64,000 bases of DNA, taken from assembly GCA_964560655.1 (NCBI GenBank), contig CAZLLR010000001.1:36202-100201 (forward strand). Reading direction: 5' to 3'. The stretch's first letter is position 1. Each line of letters opens with the position of its first letter. Positions 57,722 through 64,000 of the stretch are shown piece after piece. Under the pieces are notes generated by a model. The model worked only from the letters and a program-made list of their open reading frames with translations. It was not told the DNA's origin and made no database searches. Both the position numbers and the translations under genes were made by a program. The stretch is from an uncultured Candidatus Saccharibacteria bacterium. GTDB lineage: Bacteria; Patescibacteriota; Minisyncoccia; GCA-002772825.

Positions 57722-58504
57722 ATGGCCTTAGATAACAACGGGGAAGCAGCTCAAGGAGACCAAAGATGTCCATTTTGCCATAAAGAGCTCATTATAAAAG
57801 ATCATCTTTTATTTTGTCCCAAGTGCAGTGTGTTTATAGGTGACCCGAAAACTTTCACTGGGTCACTCCCGACCAATGATACTATTAAAAACAACTCCCT
57901 TGAAAGAGGAGAGGAGCGAATGGCAAAAAAGAAGAGAAGTGGGATATGGCAAGTAGCTATCCTAATACTTATACTTGTAGTGTCTTTCACTATATATCAG
58001 TTTAAACTCTGGACATTCATTGTGGGAGTCGATTATTCTTCCGTAAAAGAACTACAAAAAGAGATACCTTTCGTGATATATCTACCGAAGAAAATTCCTT
58101 TTGGTTATAGATTAAAAGAAGAAGCTACTAATCTTAACTATGCTAAATCCGGCAAAGTTGATTCTATAGATTTTACCTACAGAAAAACAGGAGGGTGTAT
58201 TATCAATATATCTTTATTTCCTATAAACAATGGGTTTACTCCGAACAACAAGACGGTAGAGGAGTTATTCCTAAGTCTTTCTTCTGGTAAAAATTTTAAT
58301 AATACAGTCGTCGGCGATCAAGATGTATATACTAGCAAATCAGAATTAATACTTACAGAAAAAAGTTCAACTTTATATCAATCCATAGCGATAGTAACAT
58401 CCGGTACTTTCATTCTTAGACTAGAGTACTTAGGGCCAACTTGGTTAACTGAGAATGAAATTCTATCTATTGCTGGGTCTCTAAGACCAATAGATAATCT
58501 GTAG
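57722..58504 (+). CDS. Hypothetical membrane protein with N-terminal zinc ribbon
   Basis: CPFC...CPKC, TM, IYLPKKIPFGY. Confidence 0.65.
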   Translation: MALDNNGEAAQGDQRCPFCHKELIIKDHLLFCPKCSVFIGDPKTFTGSLPTNDTIKNNSLERGEERMAKKKRSGIWQVAILILILVVSFTIYQFKLWTFIVGVDYSSVKELQKEIPFVIYLPKKIPFGYRLKEEATNLNYAKSGKVDSIDFTYRKTGGCIINISLFPINNGFTPNNKTVEELFLSLSSGKNFNNTVVGDQDVYTSKSELILTEKSSTLYQSIAIVTSGTFILRLEYLGPTWLTENEILSIAGSLRPIDNL

Positions 58505-58512
58505 ATATAAAT

Positions 58513-59688
58513 TTATTTCTTTGTCTGCTTTAAAACAACAAATTCTTTCTTTTCCCTAAAAGATAGAATTTTGTTCTGTAGTTTACTTACAAGAAGAGGA
58601 AGTAATTTGCTTAATTTTTTTTCATCTGGGCTTAGTATCTCTTCCCATTTATTCTCTGGCACTAAGACCTCTTTTACTTTATCCATATCAAAAGAGAATC
58701 TCTCTTGGACATTCTTCGTGATGAAACCACGCGAGCTAAAGACACGAGCCACCTTGCTCGACTCCATAAAAGTCAGTATATCCTCACGAAGCTCTTTTAA
58801 TCTTTTTTTATTTTTTTCTTCAACCTCTTTTATCTCGAAAAATTCAGTTATTACTTTAGCGACATCTTCTTCACTTTTTGTTTCTGGTTTGTCTTTCTTG
58901 TATTCATGCGACCACATAGGACAAATCTTCTTATACCCACAATAATCACATAAAGCTGAAGGAGTAGGGGAGAAACTATTTTTCTCTTCTTTTTCCTCCA
59001 CTTCCTTTATGGTGGCTAATATAAAATCTCGCGTCTTATTTATATCCTCTTGGGGATTTTCTTTTTCGGCAGTTATCTTTTCATTATGCTTAAGGAAGTA
59101 TAACGATAACTTTATTTTTGAAGCGGGGAGTCGAGGCCACCTGTCTTGGAGAGCCATATGGTAGAGAGAGAGCTGTAAATTATCTTTAAGCATCTCCGCA
59201 CTAGGCATCTTCTTGCCTGTCTTATAGTCTATGATCTCATACTCTTCACTTTCCGGATCTTTATCTATCCTGTCTATTATACCGACGATAGTATGATCTT
59301 CTTGAGTTTCTTCGTCACGCAAAGTTACACTGAAACGACTTTCTAGTTCCACAGCGTTAAACTTCCAAGGTTGATTCTTCTTGTAGAAATTTTTTATAAG
59401 TTTTACTCCTTCTTCAAAATAAAGTTTTTCAAAATCTTCTTTTTTTAGAGGGTTCGGCCACTCTATAGACTCAGACTTCTTATTCCATTTATCAGTAAAG
59501 AAGTCTATAACTTCATCAAGGGTAGGGTATAAGGGGCCACGCTCAAACATAAATTTAAGCGCCGAATGAACTAAAGAGCCAAAAACAGCCTCAATCCGCT
59601 TAGGAGCTGGAATCTTATCAAGTTTCTGATATTTATACTTAAGTGGACACGTCCTATACGTATCTAAGGCAGAATAAGATGTTCTCAT
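58513..59688 (-). CDS. PD-(D/E)XK nuclease (AddB/RecB-like, Fe-S motif)
   Basis: SYSAL..CP, GIIDRID, IIDYKTG, QLSLY, CDYC....CP. Confidence 0.9.
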   Translation of the reverse strand: MRTSYSALDTYRTCPLKYKYQKLDKIPAPKRIEAVFGSLVHSALKFMFERGPLYPTLDEVIDFFTDKWNKKSESIEWPNPLKKEDFEKLYFEEGVKLIKNFYKKNQPWKFNAVELESRFSVTLRDEETQEDHTIVGIIDRIDKDPESEEYEIIDYKTGKKMPSAEMLKDNLQLSLYHMALQDRWPRLPASKIKLSLYFLKHNEKITAEKENPQEDINKTRDFILATIKEVEEKEEKNSFSPTPSALCDYCGYKKICPMWSHEYKKDKPETKSEEDVAKVITEFFEIKEVEEKNKKRLKELREDILTFMESSKVARVFSSRGFITKNVQERFSFDMDKVKEVLVPENKWEEILSPDEKKLSKLLPLLVSKLQNKILSFREKKEFVVLKQTKK

Positions 59689-59880
59689 AACAAAATTATA
59701 TCATATAAAGTTAAAAAATAAGCTCTTTTTATAAGCTTATTTTGCCAATGTTTTATCGTCATAGGGGAGTACAGGTGAGAAAAATATACCATGTCGCACC
59801 ACAAGGGCACTTCTTGTTTTGTAAACAAAACAATGTCGCACAATATACCTTTTACGACGTAGTATATGCTAAACAATGAT

Positions 59881-60210
59881 TTATTGGATAAAATCTACCT
59901 GAGGAGCATTAATCATCAAGTCCGTAGGTTCACCAGCCTTTATCCTCTCCATATTATCTACAAAAGAAGTCCACAGAAGCGCTATGAATATATTATTCCA
60001 GAAATAAGTTACTGGGTCAGAAAGATAATCAGACCATACTACTTTTGTAAAATTCCAAATATAAGAGAAGTTAGCCTGTACTCCTTCACTCTCCACAATA
60101 CTTCTGATGTCAATATGCAAAACGCTTAATATAACTATGACTATTACGAAGATAACCAATAGCTTTATCAGCCCTCCTTGTTGTAACATATTCTTTCTTC
60201 CTAAAAACAT
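59881..60210 (-). CDS. Hypothetical membrane protein
   Basis: QQGGLIKLLVIFVIVIVILS TM; downstream of the M23 gene. Confidence 0.7.
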   Translation of the reverse strand: MFLGRKNMLQQGGLIKLLVIFVIVIVILSVLHIDIRSIVESEGVQANFSYIWNFTKVVWSDYLSDPVTYFWNNIFIALLWTSFVDNMERIKAGEPTDLMINAPQVDFIQ

Positions 60211-60230
60211 ATATTTATTATAATCATCAT

Positions 60231-61520
60231 TTATAGATAAGACAATGGATTGAGGTACCATTCGCGTGGAGCTAAAGGAAGTGTCATCTTAGTACCACAA
60301 ACCTTACTTGTAATAGTCCCTACTTCCACAGCATCAGACGCATACACAGTAAAGTGAAGATGTGGTCCCGTCGTATATCCTGTGTCTCCAGAATAACCCA
60401 CAACCTGCCCAGAGGTGACACTTTGACCTTTAGTGACCTTTATCAGCGAAAGATGCGCGTAAAGTGTAGTTAGGTTATTAGAGTGCTTTACTAACACCCA
60501 TCTTCCGTAAGAGGCTCCCTTGCATCCTTTGTCAGTATCTCCCACACCTACTACAATACCACTTTCAGCACTCTTTACCGGGGTACCTATACTCGCGGCA
60601 AAATCAACTCCATTGTGTCCTCCACCATTATAGACTTGAGGGTTCTTACTAGCAAAAGGAGTATTGCCAAAGTATTGAGTTATCCTTATCTTATCAAGTG
60701 GATATTTTAAAACACCTGGCCCTGTAAGCGGTAGCGACTTCGGGTCTATTTCCACACGAAGTTTATTTTCAAAATCTTTAATCTCATCTTCCAATGCTTC
60801 TTTTTTCTTTAGTCTATCATCGAGAAGTTTTTTATAGTTTGATTCTTTATTTTTTGTCTCATTTAATAGTGTACTTTTCTTTGTCTTATTTATAGACACT
60901 AAAGAGTTTTGATCTCTATATTTTACCTGCATACCTTCTAATCTTACTTTATTTTCCTCTTCATCCTTCTTCTGGATCTCGAGTTGAACCTTAAGCTCAT
61001 TTAGGTCCTCAAGATTGATACTCATCGTCTCTTGAAAACTTTCCAACCTCTGTAGGTCACTAAAAAAATCTGAAAAGTTATTACTCATCAAAGCAATCTC
61101 TATTATAGACATAGATTCGTCTTCATTTAGCCCCCTCACAATCTCTGCTATGACCGTTTTCTTAAAGCCTATATCTTCCTTCTTCTGACCTATCTCTATG
61201 ATGAGACTCTCTATACTAAGTCCAGTCTGATCTATCTGGCTCTCAGTATAACGAATATCAGTTTTAAGCTTCTTACCTGTGACATCCAGTTTTTTCAGCT
61301 CATTGCCTAGTGATTTCTCCTCCTTACCAAGTTTGCCTATCTCCACTTCATACTCATCAATCTCTTTCTGAAGTCCTTTTAGCTTATTATTTCTATCTAA
61401 AATATTATTCTTAAGATCATTTATTGATGCCACGCTTACTTTTGGCACAGAAAAAACAGTAGCCAAAAATAAAGTTAACAGCAATATAAAAAAAGTTATT
61501 TTATATTTTCTCAATAGCAT
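60231..61520 (-). CDS. Coiled-coil M23 peptidase (EnvC-like)
   Basis: Signal peptide, coiled coil, HNGVD, YAHL, TGPHLHF. Confidence 0.92.
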   Translation of the reverse strand: MLLRKYKITFFILLLTLFLATVFSVPKVSVASINDLKNNILDRNNKLKGLQKEIDEYEVEIGKLGKEEKSLGNELKKLDVTGKKLKTDIRYTESQIDQTGLSIESLIIEIGQKKEDIGFKKTVIAEIVRGLNEDESMSIIEIALMSNNFSDFFSDLQRLESFQETMSINLEDLNELKVQLEIQKKDEEENKVRLEGMQVKYRDQNSLVSINKTKKSTLLNETKNKESNYKKLLDDRLKKKEALEDEIKDFENKLRVEIDPKSLPLTGPGVLKYPLDKIRITQYFGNTPFASKNPQVYNGGGHNGVDFAASIGTPVKSAESGIVVGVGDTDKGCKGASYGRWVLVKHSNNLTTLYAHLSLIKVTKGQSVTSGQVVGYSGDTGYTTGPHLHFTVYASDAVEVGTITSKVCGTKMTLPLAPREWYLNPLSYL

Positions 61521-62847
61521 TTTTAAGGCGCTTAATAGATTCTTCTTTACCTAAAACTTCACTTAAGGTAAAAGGGTCTGGTGACTTTTCTTTGCCGGAT
61601 AAAGCGACACGGTATGGCCACAAGACATTGCCTCTACCCTCTTTTTCAGCATAAACCCAGACAAGACCCTTAATAATTTCTTTATTAAAATCACTCTCTT
61701 TAATGTCGTACAATATATTGACAATATATTCTAAATGTGACTTTGTTTTATTTATATCTTTCTCATTTTTCCAATTCAATATATCTTTTTTATACTCAGG
61801 CACTTGAAAAAAATAACCTACCGAATCCTTAATATCGCTAAATTTTTCAATCCTTTCGACTTCAAGTGCTACGATATTATTCCACAACTTAGGTTTGTCT
61901 GTTGCTTCTTTCTTAAAATCATCAGGTAAAAACTCGAATAATAATTTTCCCAATATATCAAGGGGGACATTTCTAACATATTGCTTGTTTATCCAATTTA
62001 GTTTATCAATATTAAAAACTGCTCCGCTTTTCTGAACTTTTTCTATATCAAATTTTTTTACTAGCTCATCGAGGTAAAAAACTTCTTCATTTGTACCTTC
62101 CCTCCCCTGAGGAGACCAACCAAGCAATGCCAAGAAGTTTAGCATCGCCTCAGGGATATAGCCTTCTTTTTTATATTTATTCACTGATACAACCCCATGA
62201 CGCTTAGAAAGCTTAGATTTATCTGGAGCCAATATAAGTGGGATATGGGCATATATAGGCCTAGGGGCGCCTATGGCCTCTTGTATGAGTATTTGGCGCG
62301 GTGTGTTAGAAATACCATCATCTCCACGGATAACATGAGTTATTCCCATTTCGAAGTCATCTACCGCCACCGCCAAGTGATAGAGTGGACTCTCCATATC
62401 TCTTGCCACAACAAAGTCTCCTAACTCAGTTGTATCAAATTCTATTTCTCCTCTAATCAGATCGTCAAATTTTATCTTTATATTAGGATTCTTGAATCTT
62501 ATGACTTCACTCCTTTGCCCTTCTTCCTTGGGCTCTTCTTTGGATAAGTAAGCACTTCCTTCCCCCACCATCTTCTTAAGATATTTTTTATATATATCCA
62601 ACCTCTCAGACTGACGATATAGTTCGTCATGCTTTATGCCAAGCCAATCAAGACCCTCTATTATGTCTCTTTCATATTCTACCTTAGACCTTACTGGGTC
62701 TGTATCTTCAATCCTAAGTATCATTTTACCTCCATTTTGTTTTGTAAAAAGATAATTAAAGAGTGCTGTTCTGGCACTCCCAAGATGCACCGGACCAGTC
62801 GGGCTTGGGGCAAAACGAGTTACTACTTTTTTATTTTTATTAGGCAT
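61501..62847 (-). CDS. gltX: Glutamate--tRNA ligase
   Basis: RFAPSPTG..HLG, LRIEDTD, THVIRGDD, KLSKRHG. Confidence 0.97.
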   Translation of the reverse strand: MPNKNKKVVTRFAPSPTGPVHLGSARTALFNYLFTKQNGGKMILRIEDTDPVRSKVEYERDIIEGLDWLGIKHDELYRQSERLDIYKKYLKKMVGEGSAYLSKEEPKEEGQRSEVIRFKNPNIKIKFDDLIRGEIEFDTTELGDFVVARDMESPLYHLAVAVDDFEMGITHVIRGDDGISNTPRQILIQEAIGAPRPIYAHIPLILAPDKSKLSKRHGVVSVNKYKKEGYIPEAMLNFLALLGWSPQGREGTNEEVFYLDELVKKFDIEKVQKSGAVFNIDKLNWINKQYVRNVPLDILGKLLFEFLPDDFKKEATDKPKLWNNIVALEVERIEKFSDIKDSVGYFFQVPEYKKDILNWKNEKDINKTKSHLEYIVNILYDIKESDFNKEIIKGLVWVYAEKEGRGNVLWPYRVALSGKEKSPDPFTLSEVLGKEESIKRLKNAIEKI

Positions 62848-63976
62848 GCTCTAAAGCTAAGTTAATTATCTCTCTTGCAATCTGATGGCCGGCTTCCGGC
62901 TTATAAAATTGATTGGCCTTGCTCTTTATATCTTCTAAAGAATTTTTTTGGGACAATATTCTATTTATCTCAGAAAGTAATATGTGAGGAGAGAGATTTC
63001 TTTCTTCAATCACTTCAGAGGCGCCTGTCCTTGCAAAAGCATAAGCATTTTCTCTTTGATGGTCTTGTGCAGAATTAGAAAGTGGAATAAGTATACTAGG
63101 TTTTCCCCAAGCGGCAATTTCAAATATAGCTGATGAGCCTGCTCGCGATATCACTATATTTGAAGCGGCAGCGGCCATTTTCATCGCTGATTCATTTAGG
63201 AAACCGAAAACACGATACCTATTTTTAAATGGGGATTTCTCAAGAGAGACATTTACCCTTCCTTGCACCTCTTTAAAATTATTCTTCCCACACTGATGTA
63301 TAATTTGATATTTATCAACCAGCTCACTTGCCATATCTACAATAACATCATTTATCCTCTGTGAACCTTGTGATCCACCTAATATAAAGATAACTGGCAA
63401 ATTTTTATCAAGCTGGAGAAATTCACTAAAACCCTCTTTAGGAAGATGCACGAGATCTTTACGGACAGGATTTCCTACGACAGCTATTTTTTTTCTCGAT
63501 TTTTCTGGGAAATAACTTACTGACTCAGGGAAAGAAACTGCTATCCTCTTAGCAAATTTTGAGGCCCATTTATTAACCCTGCCAGGTACAGTGTCAGACT
63601 CGTGTATAACAACAGGAATTCTAAAAAATCTCGCCGCAAAAAGTACAGGGAAACTTGCATAGCCTCCTTTTCCGAACACGACATCTGGAAAATCGTTATA
63701 GACTGTCCACAACGCCCTTAATGCTCCAAGAAATATCTTAATAACATCTGTTATGTTAAGAAGTGAAAAATAACGACGAATCTTCCCTGATGTCACCTTC
63801 TTAAATTTAATCTCTTTCTCACTAAGTAATCTTTTATTATAAGGTTTGTCAGACATATAGATAAGCTTAGTATTCATAAGCTTATCTTCATCTATTATAT
63901 TGTTTAATTCTTCGGCAACAGCTATAAGCGGGTAAAAATGACCGCCAGTCCCGCCACCAGTTAGAATAATCTTCAT
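62840..63976 (-). CDS. murG: Lipid II GlcNAc transferase
   Basis: TGGGTGGHFYP, KGGYAS, IHESD, GGSQGS, SRAG, HQRENA. Confidence 0.96.
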   Translation of the reverse strand: MKIILTGGGTGGHFYPLIAVAEELNNIIDEDKLMNTKLIYMSDKPYNKRLLSEKEIKFKKVTSGKIRRYFSLLNITDVIKIFLGALRALWTVYNDFPDVVFGKGGYASFPVLFAARFFRIPVVIHESDTVPGRVNKWASKFAKRIAVSFPESVSYFPEKSRKKIAVVGNPVRKDLVHLPKEGFSEFLQLDKNLPVIFILGGSQGSQRINDVIVDMASELVDKYQIIHQCGKNNFKEVQGRVNVSLEKSPFKNRYRVFGFLNESAMKMAAAASNIVISRAGSSAIFEIAAWGKPSILIPLSNSAQDHQRENAYAFARTGASEVIEERNLSPHILLSEINRILSQKNSLEDIKSKANQFYKPEAGHQIAREIINLALEHA

Positions 63977-64000
63977 CCCGTTAAAGATAGACTCCTTTGG

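Noticed and set aside
58513-59688. Cas4
   Set aside because: AddB/RecB-like PD-(D/E)XK protein in housekeeping context with no CRISPR or cas genes.

Overview
AT-rich bacterial chromosomal segment in genetic code 11. Gene content and order (compact rpoB-rpoC-dnaG-rpoD run, murF/murG, gltX, cysS, recR-dnaB, rplU, DUF5667-type anti-sigma, CxxC-x17-CxxC protein, pilin-like leaders) suggest a Patescibacteria/CPR, Parcubacteria-like organism; this is inferred, not searched. Housekeeping blocks flank two accessory zones that follow tRNA genes: a small one after tRNA-Glu (1.2-2.7 kb) and a ~12 kb island after tRNA-Asn (23.2-35 kb). Main observations: (1) a graspetide-synthetase-like ATP-grasp gene preceded by a promoter, an unannotated 8-codon ORF (MANKIWKD) and a terminator-like hairpin, a candidate minimal RiPP system; (2) at least six degenerate att-like scars (CCAGTAGRCGGAG) resembling the tRNA-Asn 3' end punctuate the island, some with orphan recombinase-like C-terminal tails, suggesting a serially built cassette array; (3) two expression grammars, with many genes looking leaderless (TATAAT-N6/7-ATG, no SD) while orphan cassettes share a TTGAC/-10/boxA-like/AAGGAGG module and a covarying terminator family. 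Also present: an ApbE/ferric-reductase flavinylation cluster, a second RpoD-like sigma factor, msrAB split by one in-frame TGA, and several loopless perfect palindromes. All protein calls come from motifs recognised by eye; no database search was run.
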